Of a stretch of DNA of 64,000 nucleotides, positions 18,182 through 27,142 are shown one piece after another; position 1 is the stretch's first letter, and the number at the start of each line of letters is the position of its first letter. The position numbers and the translations under genes are program-made. This DNA is from Blastocatellia bacterium (GTDB lineage: Bacteria > Acidobacteriota > Blastocatellia > UBA7656). The stretch is from contig JBJMGU010000152.1 of NCBI GenBank assembly GCA_045807765.1, positions 1 through 64,000 of the forward strand. The letters are read 5' to 3'. A model generated the notes under the pieces. The model ran no database searches, was not told where the DNA came from, and saw only the letters and a list, made by a program, of their open reading frames with translations.

Positions 18182-19183
18182 ATGAAGAAAGTCGTGTGGG
18201 GCGTGCTGGGCGTTGCCAAGATCGCAACGCAGAAAGTGATTCCGGCTATGCAGCGCGGCGCGTGGTCTGAAGTGCGGGCCATCGCCTCAAGGGATTATCA
18301 CAGAGCCGAAGCGGCGGCACGCGGGCTCGGCATCCCCACGGCTTATGGCGCTTACGAAGAACTGCTCGCTGACCCGCAGATCGAAGCCGTCTACATCCCG
18401 CTGCCCAATCACTTGCATGTGCCGATGACGATTCAGGCCGCCAAAGCCGGTAAGCATGTGCTTTGCGAAAAACCCATCGCCTTGTCCGCAGACGAAGCGC
18501 GCCAATTGATTGCCGTGCGCGACCGCACAGGTCGCCGCATCGAAGAAGCCTTCATGGTGCGCACGCATCCGCAATGGCTCGCGGCGCTCGACCTTGTGCG
18601 ACTGGGGCGCATCGGCGAGCTGCGCGCCATCAGCGGAGCGTTCAGCTATTTCAACCGCGACCCGCAGAACATTCGCAATCGGCCAGAGTACGGCGGCGGC
18701 GCGCTGATGGACATCGGTTGTTATCTGGTGGCGATGTCGCGTTACCTGTTCGAGGGCGAGCCGCGGCGCGTGATGGCGCTTATTGAGCGCGATCCTGAGA
18801 TGCAGGTTGATCGGTTGACTTCGGGCATTCTCGATTTTGCCGGCGGCCAATCTACTTTCGTATGCGGCACACAGATGGTGGCTTATCAGCGCGTGCAAAT
18901 CTTTGGCGCGCACGGGCGCATCGAGATCGAGATTCCCTTCAACGCGCCGCCCGACCGCCCGACGCGCATCTTCATCGATGACGGCTCAAGCGTGTTCGGT
19001 GAAGGCGTCGAGACCATCGAGTTTCCCATCACAGACCAGTACACGATTCAAGGCGACCGGTTCTCGCAGGCGATTCGCGAAGACCTGCCGCCGCGCTTTC
19101 CGCTCGAAGACGCCGTGCAGAACATGGCCATCATTGACGCGCTCTTGCGCTCGGCTGCCTCTCACCAATGGCAGACACCCTGA
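18182..19183 (+). CDS. Gfo/Idh/MocA-family NAD(P)-dependent oxidoreductase
   Basis: VVWGVLGVAKIATQKVIPAM...EKPIAL Rossmann plus EKP motif. Confidence 0.85.
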   Translation: MKKVVWGVLGVAKIATQKVIPAMQRGAWSEVRAIASRDYHRAEAAARGLGIPTAYGAYEELLADPQIEAVYIPLPNHLHVPMTIQAAKAGKHVLCEKPIALSADEARQLIAVRDRTGRRIEEAFMVRTHPQWLAALDLVRLGRIGELRAISGAFSYFNRDPQNIRNRPEYGGGALMDIGCYLVAMSRYLFEGEPRRVMALIERDPEMQVDRLTSGILDFAGGQSTFVCGTQMVAYQRVQIFGAHGRIEIEIPFNAPPDRPTRIFIDDGSSVFGEGVETIEFPITDQYTIQGDRFSQAIREDLPPRFPLEDAVQNMAIIDALLRSAASHQWQTP

Positions 19184-19315
19184 ACCGCCAGGCTGTGCGG
19201 GAATCATTCAACGCGCGTTGCGCATCGGTCGCTTGCGCCGCTCTCTCCGCTCTTATCTACAAAGGCACAGGGCTTGCAAACTTCAAGGGTGAAGATTTTT
19301 TCAGGAGGTTTGCTA

Positions 19316-19738
19316 ATGACAGCCATACGAAAGAGCGTAATGATTGCCGCACTGTTAATGGCAGTGACGGCGACGGCATTGGCACAGGTGCCGACGCGCA
19401 CCAAGGTTCACTTTGACATCAACGTTCCCTACGAAATGGAGATGGCGGGCTATAGCCTGCCGGCGGGCCATTACGTCTTGTTGCAAGACAGCCAGAATCC
19501 CAACATATTCCGCCTCTATCAGCACGACCAGGCAAGCGAACCGGTTGCGGTGATCTACACTGTGCGCGGTCGTTACTGGACGGTGCGACAGGGTGGCACG
19601 CGTTTTGGCCTGGATGTAGATGAATCGGGCAGCGACAACCTGCCGGTGGTGCGGGCCTTCGCCGTGCCGTATGACGATCCGTGGGAAGTGGTCAGCGTCA
19701 AAGTAAAGAATCACTCGCTGATGACGCGTGTGAGGTAA
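19316..19738 (+). CDS. Secreted hypothetical protein
   Basis: AGGAGG RBS. Signal peptide MTAIRKSVMIAALLMAVTATALAQ. Confidence 0.55.
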   Translation: MTAIRKSVMIAALLMAVTATALAQVPTRTKVHFDINVPYEMEMAGYSLPAGHYVLLQDSQNPNIFRLYQHDQASEPVAVIYTVRGRYWTVRQGGTRFGLDVDESGSDNLPVVRAFAVPYDDPWEVVSVKVKNHSLMTRVR

Positions 19739-19757
19739 AGCGCATCTGTACCGTAAG

Positions 19758-19798
19758 CATGAGCGTGGAGCGGTGACCCGCTTCACGCTCATTTGTCA
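19758..19798 (+). terminator. Rho-independent terminator hairpin, CATGAGCGTGGAGCGG-TGAC-CCGCTTCACGCTCATTTGTCAT
   Basis: 15-bp stem with one G-U wobble, followed by a T-rich tail, 20 nt after the stop at 19738. Confidence 0.6.
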
Positions 19799-19881
19799 TG
19801 GCCGGCTGGCCGTAAGCCCCCAGGTGTCTTGAAACAGCCCGGCTGATCCGGGAATCCTTCCTTTAGAGCCCAGGATTTTCT

Positions 19882-19910
19882 TAGAACCGCGGCGGCAAAT
19901 TATGTATAAT
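19882..19910 (+). promoter_or_regulatory. Candidate sigma-70-like promoter (TATAAT at 19905-19910) for the peptidase gene
   Basis: A perfect -10 hexamer about 75 nt upstream of ATG 19985, with a weak -35-like TTAGAA 17 bp upstream. Confidence 0.3.
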
Positions 19911-19984
19911 GACGCTTCCGGTTCCATCTATCTCGTCGTTATCGAAAGCCAACAGTTGAAAGATTGCAGGAGGAAACACCGTCT

Positions 19985-22120
19985 ATGTCTATCCGCCGCC
20001 TATCCCGTGCGCTGATTCTCATTCTCGTTTGCGCCACTGCGCTGATGGCGCAGACGACGCGCCACCCGCTCAAGCTCGATGATGTGTTCCGCATGCGCGA
20101 CGTGCGTGACCCGCAAATCTCACCCGATGGCCAGTGGGTCGCTTATGTGGTTTCGACCACTGACGTCAAAGAGGACAAGAGCAGCTCGCACATCTGGCTG
20201 GCGAGCTACGACGGCAAGAGCGACCGTCAGTTCACTTTCAGCCTCGATAGCGAGTCGTCGCCGCGCTGGTCGCCGGACGGCAAATACCTGTCGTTCACAT
20301 CGGGGCGGCCCGGCAAAGCCAAGGGCAGTCAGGTGTGGTTGATGGATCGCAGCGGCGGCGAGGCGTTCCAGCTTACAGAGTTGAAAGGCCGCTTGCAGGG
20401 CTACGAATGGTCGCCCGATGCGAAGCGGCTGGCGCTGGTCATCGGCGATCCCGACCCTGAAGAAGAACTGAACTCGACGCCCCCGGCTAACGCCACGCCA
20501 CCGGCTAACCCTGGGTCGCCTACGGATGCGAGCAAGCCTGCCGACAAACCTGCGGACAGGCCGAAAGCGCCCAAGCCCATCGTCATTGACCGCTACCACT
20601 TCAAACAGGACGTGCAGGGCTATCTGCTTTCAGGGCGTCACAGCTACATCTACCTCTACGACATCGCGACCAAGAAGCTGGAGCGACTGACCGCCGGCAA
20701 AGTCGATGAGGCCGCGCCGTCCTGGTCGCCCGATGGCAGCCGCATCGCCTTTCTGAGCAACCACGGGCAAGACCCCGACCGCGAGCCGTCCTATCAGATT
20801 TTCGTTGCCGAGGCGCGCGCCGGAGCGACGGAAAAAGCGCTGACGCCGGCTACGAGCCGCGGCGGGCGGGCGCGCCTCGAATGGAGCCCGGATGGTCGCT
20901 GGATCGCTTTTGTTGAAGGCGATGAGAAGAAATATGGCGCCTACAACATGGATCATCTGATGATTGTCGCCGCTGACGGCAACAGCGCGCCGCAACGCAT
21001 CAAAGCCGTCGAAGACCTCGACCGCGCCATCTCGTCGCCGCGTTTCAGCGCCGACGGCAAAGCGATCATGTTTATGGTTGCAGACGACCGTTCGGTCTAC
21101 CCGGCGCGCGCCGCGATTGCGGGCGGCAGCGTCGAGCGCTTGCTTGCGCCGCCGGTCGCCGTTTCAAGCTGGGTGACTGCCGCAGGCCACACGACAGTGC
21201 TTTCGGGCGGCGACACGAAGGCCACGGAAGTCTATGTGGTGGATGGCAGCACATTGCGACAGTTGACGCATCAGAACGACGCGCTGATGGCCGAGCTTGA
21301 TCTGGCGCCGACTGAAGAAGTCGGCTTCAAGAGCAAGGATGGCACAGAAGTGCATGGGTTGCTGACTTATCCGGTGGGCTACGTGAAGGGCACGCGGGTG
21401 CCGCTGTTGCTGCGCATCCACGGCGGCCCGAACGGACAGGATCAACATTCATTCAGCACAGAGCGGCAATGGTTCGCGGCAAACGGCTACGCGGTGCTGG
21501 CGGTGAACTATCGCGGCAGCAGCGGGCGCGGCCAGAAATTCTCGCGCTCGATCTTTGCCGACTGGGGCCATTATGAAGTCGAAGACCTGCAAGCCGGCGT
21601 AGATCATGTCATTCAGATGGGCGTCGCTGACCCTGACCGCTTAGGCGTCGGCGGCTGGAGCTATGGCGGCATCCTGACGGATTACATGATCGCCAGCGAC
21701 AACCGCTTCAAGGCGGCGACCAGCGGCGCGGGCACGGCATTCACGGTCTCTTTCTATGGCACCGATCAGTATATCATTCAGTATGATTACGAAATCGGCC
21801 CGCCCTGGGACCCGAAAGCCTGGGAGACTTATGTGAAGCTCTCTTATCCGTTGCTGCACGCCGACCGCATCAAGACGCCGACGCTTTTCTTAGGCGGCGA
21901 GCGTGACTTCAATGTGCCCATACAGGGCAGCCAGCAGATGTATCAGGCGTTGCGCAGCCTCGGCGTAGACACCCAACTGGTGATCTACCCGAACGAGTTC
22001 CACGGCATTCAGCGCCCAAGCTATAACCGCGACCGCCTGGAGCGTTATCTCGCCTGGTATGACAAGTACATCAAGCGCGCGGCGGGCGCGGCCAGCGCCG
22101 GCTCGTCGGAGAAGCGTTAG
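19985..22120 (+). CDS. S9 prolyl-oligopeptidase-family serine peptidase with an N-terminal TolB-like beta-propeller
   Basis: Signal peptide. WSPDG propeller repeats. Pro/Ala-rich linker. GGWSYGG nucleophile elbow. Catalytic Asp/His region near the C-terminus. Confidence 0.85.
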   Translation: MSIRRLSRALILILVCATALMAQTTRHPLKLDDVFRMRDVRDPQISPDGQWVAYVVSTTDVKEDKSSSHIWLASYDGKSDRQFTFSLDSESSPRWSPDGKYLSFTSGRPGKAKGSQVWLMDRSGGEAFQLTELKGRLQGYEWSPDAKRLALVIGDPDPEEELNSTPPANATPPANPGSPTDASKPADKPADRPKAPKPIVIDRYHFKQDVQGYLLSGRHSYIYLYDIATKKLERLTAGKVDEAAPSWSPDGSRIAFLSNHGQDPDREPSYQIFVAEARAGATEKALTPATSRGGRARLEWSPDGRWIAFVEGDEKKYGAYNMDHLMIVAADGNSAPQRIKAVEDLDRAISSPRFSADGKAIMFMVADDRSVYPARAAIAGGSVERLLAPPVAVSSWVTAAGHTTVLSGGDTKATEVYVVDGSTLRQLTHQNDALMAELDLAPTEEVGFKSKDGTEVHGLLTYPVGYVKGTRVPLLLRIHGGPNGQDQHSFSTERQWFAANGYAVLAVNYRGSSGRGQKFSRSIFADWGHYEVEDLQAGVDHVIQMGVADPDRLGVGGWSYGGILTDYMIASDNRFKAATSGAGTAFTVSFYGTDQYIIQYDYEIGPPWDPKAWETYVKLSYPLLHADRIKTPTLFLGGERDFNVPIQGSQQMYQALRSLGVDTQLVIYPNEFHGIQRPSYNRDRLERYLAWYDKYIKRAAGAASAGSSEKR

Positions 22121-22147
22121 AGTAATTTTGAATTGCGTGTCGCTGTC

Positions 22148-22177
22148 GCAGGGGCCGGACTTGTCCCGGCCCCTGCA
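22148..22177. terminator. Bidirectional terminator hairpin CAGGGGCCGGAC-TTGT-CCCGGCCCCTG
   Basis: GC-rich 12-bp stem between the convergent peptidase and RND pump genes. Confidence 0.55.
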
Positions 22178-22203
22178 AGGTCTAAACCTATTTGGAGTTC
22201 CCT

Positions 22204-25200
22204 CTAATCGCCGGCGGGCGATTCGATGGCCGGCGGGTGCGGGTGGCGCTTGAACAGGCGGCTCGTCCAATCTTTGAACTGCTCCATGTACACATAGACG
22301 ACCGGCGTGATGTAGAGCGTCAGCAGTTGCGAGACCATCAAACCGCCGACTACCGATAGTCCCAGAGGCCGCCGCGATTCCGCGCCTGCGCCTAACCCTA
22401 AAGCAATCGGCAGCGTGCCGAGCAGCGCCGCCATCGTCGTCATCATGATCGGGCGGAAGCGCATCAGGCTGCCTTCAAAGATCGCCTCTTCAGGCGACTT
22501 GCCTTCGTTGCGCTGGGCTTCGAGCGCGAAGTCAATCATCATGATGGCGTTCTTCTTAACGATGCCGATCAACATCACCAGACCGACAAACGCATAAATA
22601 TTCAAATCAACGCCGAAGACCATCAGCGTCAGCAGCGCCCCGAAGCCCGCCGAAGGCAAGCCTGAAAGAATCGTCAGCGGGTGAATCAAACTCTCGTAGA
22701 GAATGCCGAGCACAATATAGATCACCAGCACCGCGACGAGCAGCAGCATCCCCAAACCTTGAAGCGACGACTGAAAGACCTGCGCCGTCCCTTGAAACGA
22801 CGTGCTGATCGTTTCCGGCAGCTTCATCCGGCCGACCGTCTGCTGCACCTGGTTGACCGCATCGCCAATCGATACGCCGGGCTTGAGGTTGAACGAGACC
22901 GTCACCGACGGCAACTGGCCAGAGTGGTTAACCGTCAACGGCCCGACGCTCGGCTTCAAAGTTGCCACCGTGCCGAGCGGCACCTGCTGACCGCCGGCGG
23001 TCTTGACGTAGAGCAGGCTGAGCGCCGCCGGGTCGGCTTCGTATTCGGGCGCGACTTCCATCAGCACCCAGTACTGATTGCTCGGCGTGTAGATGGTCGT
23101 CACCTGGCGCTGCGCGTAGGCGCTGTAGAGCGTGCTCTCCAACTGGTTGGCCGAGATGCCTAAGGATTGCGCCTTGTCGCGATCCATCTCGACGGTCACC
23201 TGCGGACTGGTGATCTGCAAGTCTGTGGTCACGTCCTGCAAGATGGGCAACTGGCGCAACGTCTCTTCGACGCGCGGCGCGGCCTCGTACAGCTCACGGT
23301 TGTCTGCCGATTGCAGAGTGAACTGGTACTGGCCTTTGCTCGTGCGGCCTCCGACGTTGATCGCCGGTGGATTCGACAGGTAAACGTTCAGGCCGGGAAT
23401 GCGCGACAGTTTCGGGCGCAGCTCTTGAATCACTTCGTCGGCGCTCAAGCGGCGCTGGTTGTGCGGCTTCAGACGAATCAAGAAACGTCCATTGTTCGAC
23501 GTTGAGTTGGCGCCGCCTGAACCGACCGACGACATGAAGGCATCGACGTTCGGGTCTTGCTGAATGATGGCCGCGGCCTGCTGCTGGTGCTTGACCATCG
23601 ATTCAAATGAGATGTCCTGCGCCGCTTCCGTTGTCGCGTTGATCTGCCCGGTGTCTTCGCTGGGGATGAAGCCTTTGGGAATCTTGTCGAAGAGATAAAT
23701 CGTCGCCACCAGGATCAGACCTGAAACCGCCATCGTCGCGACCCGGTGCGCCATCACATGCTTGAGCGTCCAGCGATAAGCCGCCAGCATGCCGTCAAAG
23801 AAGCGCTCGGACATCTGGTAGAGCCGCCCGTGACGCTCGCCTTTGTGCTCGCGCAGGAAGCGGCTGCCGAGCATCGGCGTCAACGTCAGCGACACCAGGC
23901 CCGAAACCAGAATCGCCGCCATAATCGTCACCGCGAATTCATTCAGCAAGCGACCCAGGATGCCGCCCATAAACAGCACAGGGATGAAGACGGCGGCCAA
24001 ACTGATGGTCATCGAAACGATAGTGAAGCCGATCTCTTTCGCGCCCTTGAGCGCTGCTTGAAACGGGCGCTCGCCCAGCTCGACGTGGCGCACGATGTTT
24101 TCCAGCATGACGATGGCGTCGTCAACGACGAAGCCGACCGATAACGTCAGCGCCATCATCGATAGATTGTCCATCGTGAAGCCGAGCAGATACATCACCG
24201 CGAAAGTGCCGAACAGCGACATCGGCACGGCCAGGCTGGGGATGATGGTTGCCGACAGGTTGCGCAGGAAGAGAAAGATCACCAGCACGACCAGGAAGAC
24301 CGTCAGCGCCAGCGTGAACTTCACATCGCTGATCGATTCGCGGATGCTCTGCGAGCGGTCAAAGAGGATGTTCAGGTCTACAGACGCCGGCATCTGCTCG
24401 CGGAAGGTCGGCAGAATCTTCTTGACGTTATCCACGACTTCGACGGTGTTGGTGCCGGGCTGGCGCTGGATGGCCAGCACGATGGCGCGCTCGTCGTTAA
24501 ACCAGCTCGCCACCTTGTCGCTCTGCACACTGTCGAGCACGCGGCCCACCTCGCTCAGGCGCACCGGCGAGCCGTTCTGATAAGCGACGATGATGGGCCG
24601 GTACTGATCGGCAGTCTGAAGCTGGCCGTTTGCGGCGATGCGCAGAGATTTATTAGGGCCATCGAGCGTGCCGGTCGGCAGGTTGGCGTTCGACTGCGCG
24701 ACGGCCTGCTGCACTTGATCCATGCTGATGCCGCGCGATGCCAGTTGATTCGGGTCGAGCTGAATGCGCACGGCGTACTTCTGCGAGCCGTAGATAGAGA
24801 CTTGCGCGACGCCGTTGATCATCGAGATGCGCTGCGCCAGTTGCGACTCGGCATATTCGTCTACGGTTGAAAGCGGCAGCGTCGGCGAGCTCAAGGCCAG
24901 GAACAAGACGGGCGCGTCCGCCGGGTTGACCTTTTGAAATGAGGGCGGCGTCGGCATCTCGGTCGTCAATTGCCGCGAGGCGCGCACGATGGCGGCTTGA
25001 ACGTCCTGCGCCGCCGCGTCAATGTCGCGGCTGAGATTGAACTGCACGACAATCGAGGTCGAGCTCTGGGCGCTCGTCGAGGTCATGTTATCGATGCCGG
25101 CGATGGTCGAGAGTTGTTTTTCGAGCGGCGTCGCCACCGACGAGGCCATAGTTTCAGGGCTTGCGCCCGGCAGGCTGGCGCTGATGTTGATCGTCGGGTA

Positions 25201-25323
25201 ATCAACGTTAGGCAGCTCGCTTACGGGCAGCAGGCGATAACCCATGATTCCGAATATGAGGATGCCCGCCCAGATAAGGCCCGTCGTAATCGGGCGGCGG
25301 ATGAAGAGACTGGCGATGTTCAT
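22204..25323 (-). CDS. RND (HAE1, AcrB/CzcA-type) efflux transporter permease
   Basis: 1039 aa. MNIASLFIRRPI...NVDYPTINISASLPGASPETM is the canonical AcrB N-terminus. 12 TM helices with two large periplasmic loops. Confidence 0.9.
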   Translation of the reverse strand: MNIASLFIRRPITTGLIWAGILIFGIMGYRLLPVSELPNVDYPTINISASLPGASPETMASSVATPLEKQLSTIAGIDNMTSTSAQSSTSIVVQFNLSRDIDAAAQDVQAAIVRASRQLTTEMPTPPSFQKVNPADAPVLFLALSSPTLPLSTVDEYAESQLAQRISMINGVAQVSIYGSQKYAVRIQLDPNQLASRGISMDQVQQAVAQSNANLPTGTLDGPNKSLRIAANGQLQTADQYRPIIVAYQNGSPVRLSEVGRVLDSVQSDKVASWFNDERAIVLAIQRQPGTNTVEVVDNVKKILPTFREQMPASVDLNILFDRSQSIRESISDVKFTLALTVFLVVLVIFLFLRNLSATIIPSLAVPMSLFGTFAVMYLLGFTMDNLSMMALTLSVGFVVDDAIVMLENIVRHVELGERPFQAALKGAKEIGFTIVSMTISLAAVFIPVLFMGGILGRLLNEFAVTIMAAILVSGLVSLTLTPMLGSRFLREHKGERHGRLYQMSERFFDGMLAAYRWTLKHVMAHRVATMAVSGLILVATIYLFDKIPKGFIPSEDTGQINATTEAAQDISFESMVKHQQQAAAIIQQDPNVDAFMSSVGSGGANSTSNNGRFLIRLKPHNQRRLSADEVIQELRPKLSRIPGLNVYLSNPPAINVGGRTSKGQYQFTLQSADNRELYEAAPRVEETLRQLPILQDVTTDLQITSPQVTVEMDRDKAQSLGISANQLESTLYSAYAQRQVTTIYTPSNQYWVLMEVAPEYEADPAALSLLYVKTAGGQQVPLGTVATLKPSVGPLTVNHSGQLPSVTVSFNLKPGVSIGDAVNQVQQTVGRMKLPETISTSFQGTAQVFQSSLQGLGMLLLVAVLVIYIVLGILYESLIHPLTILSGLPSAGFGALLTLMVFGVDLNIYAFVGLVMLIGIVKKNAIMMIDFALEAQRNEGKSPEEAIFEGSLMRFRPIMMTTMAALLGTLPIALGLGAGAESRRPLGLSVVGGLMVSQLLTLYITPVVYVYMEQFKDWTSRLFKRHPHPPAIESPAGD

Positions 25324-25329
25324 AACTAC

Positions 25330-25467
25330 CTTGCGGGAGTCAGGAGTCAGAATTCAGAAGACAGAATGGAAGAGGAAGTCGGCGGCAGCGAGTCCGCTTA
25401 TCGCGAGTCCGCTTGTCCGCCTCCGCTCTTTATTCTGACTCCTGACTCCTGACTTCTGACTCCTGTT
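25330..25467. repeat. Family C heptamer-arm hairpin element, (GAGTCAG)n ... (CTGACTC)n, intercistronic in the RND operon
   Basis: gggagtcaggagtcagaattcagaagacagaatgg ... tattctgactcctgactcctgacttctgactcctg. The loop contains a tandem gcgagtccgctt x2. Confidence 0.85.
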
Positions 25468-25470
25468 CTG

Positions 25471-26769
25471 TCACGGATTGTCCTGTCCGGCGCTTTCCGT
25501 GACCCGCACACGGCTACCGGGACGCAAGCGCAACTGGCCGTCGGTGACAACGGTTTCACCGGGCGTGAGGCCGCTGGCGACGATGCTCTTTTCGCCCGCG
25601 GTGCGCTGCACTTCAACCTTGCGCATCTCGACCGTCTGGTCGTCTTTGACGACGAAGACATAGGTGCCCTGCTGGCCGGTCTGCACCGCCACCGAAGGCA
25701 CGACCGTAGCGTTCGTCTGTGAGGTCAACGTCACCGAAACGTTGACGAACTGACCGGGCCACAGGCGCTGTTGCGCGTTCGTGAAGGTCGCTTTCATCTT
25801 CACGGTGCCGGTCGCCGGGTCTACGGTGTTATCAACGAAGGTCAGGGTGCCCTGTTCGGGCGGCCCTGCGTCATTGGGGAGGGTGCCGGTCACCGGCACT
25901 GCGCCTGCCGCCAGGTAACGCTTGATCTCCGGCAACTGGGTTTCCGGCACCGAGAAGGTGACATTGATCGGCGTGACCTGATTGATAACCACCAGCGGGT
26001 TCGGGTCATTGGCTTTGACGACATTGCCCTGATGAATCATCAGGCTGCCGGTGCGCCCGTCAATCGGCGCGCGAATCTCTGTATAGCCCGCCTCGACCGC
26101 CGACGACTGGACGGCGGCTTGCGCGGCTTTGACGGCGTCGCGAGAACTGGCGACTGCCGCTTGATCGGCCCTGGCGACTGCCGCGAGCGCCTCGGCGTTG
26201 GTGCGTATCTGGTCATACTGCTCTTTGGAAACAACGCCCTGCTTGTAGAGGTACTCGTAACGCTGCGCCTGCACGGCGGCGGTTTGCGCCTGCGCCTGGT
26301 CTTTAGCCAGATTGGCCTGCGCCTGCCGCTGTTCGTTGACGGCGCGCGCCTGGTTGGCCGCCGCGCCCGCTAGATTGGCCTGTGTCGAGCGCGGATCAAT
26401 GTTAAAGAGCAAGTCGCCTTTCTTGACGAACTGGCCTTCGGTGAAGTTGACCCGCGTGATCTGCCCTTCGGTCTGCGACGTGACCGAGACGGTCGAAGCC
26501 GGCTCGGCGCGGCCTATGGCGCTGACCTGTAGCGGCACGGTCTCAAGCGTCACCTGGGCTGCCGATACGGGCACGGTGGGCGGCGGCTGCGACTGCCCTG
26601 CGGCATGCTGCTTCTTGGTGAAGACGCCTGAAAAAAGGATCGAGCCGACGACAACTGCGGCGAGCGTCGCCACAGCAATCAAGCCGCGTCGGCCCAGCCG
26701 CCGAACGATGACTTTGTAATCGGGAATTCGCAACCGCTTGAGGGTCTTCTTATAATCGCTGATCTGCAT
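25471..26769 (-). CDS. RND efflux periplasmic adaptor (membrane fusion protein, HlyD/AcrA family)
   Basis: N-terminal TM anchor. Coiled-coil hairpin (AQANLAKDQAQAQTAAVQAQRYEYLY...). Beta-barrel and MP domains. GGAG RBS. Confidence 0.85.
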   Translation of the reverse strand: MQISDYKKTLKRLRIPDYKVIVRRLGRRGLIAVATLAAVVVGSILFSGVFTKKQHAAGQSQPPPTVPVSAAQVTLETVPLQVSAIGRAEPASTVSVTSQTEGQITRVNFTEGQFVKKGDLLFNIDPRSTQANLAGAAANQARAVNEQRQAQANLAKDQAQAQTAAVQAQRYEYLYKQGVVSKEQYDQIRTNAEALAAVARADQAAVASSRDAVKAAQAAVQSSAVEAGYTEIRAPIDGRTGSLMIHQGNVVKANDPNPLVVINQVTPINVTFSVPETQLPEIKRYLAAGAVPVTGTLPNDAGPPEQGTLTFVDNTVDPATGTVKMKATFTNAQQRLWPGQFVNVSVTLTSQTNATVVPSVAVQTGQQGTYVFVVKDDQTVEMRKVEVQRTAGEKSIVASGLTPGETVVTDGQLRLRPGSRVRVTESAGQDNP

Positions 26770-27142
26770 AATTGCTTCTCCAAACGCATCGCGCGGCGTC
26801 TCGGGTCGCGGTAATTCGGCGACCCATGCGCCGCGCTAATATGGTTTGCGCTCTTTAGTTAAGTACGACAATGGGGCGCTGACGGTTACGCCGAACTGCC
26901 GTCTGGTTTCAGCGCTTCAAAGATGCGCGGCGGCATATCCTTTCAGAACGATTGTCGGGTTTCCTGCACGAATCAGGTACAGGAAACGGCGAGCCGCTCG
27001 CCCGTCGAATAGTTGAGCAATGGATGTGCCGTCACGGTGGCCTATCGACCATGCGCTTGACAGCCGCCGCCATTGGCCATAGGCTTTCTTGGGCCATCCG
27101 GCTCTGATTCAGCTAAACAATTTTAAGAACTGAGAGGGTGCA

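Noticed and set aside
20450-20590. Tandem CCGGCTAAC(G/C)CC repeat in the peptidase gene
   Set aside because: A simple in-frame duplication encoding the PPANATPPANPG linker; no wider significance is evident.
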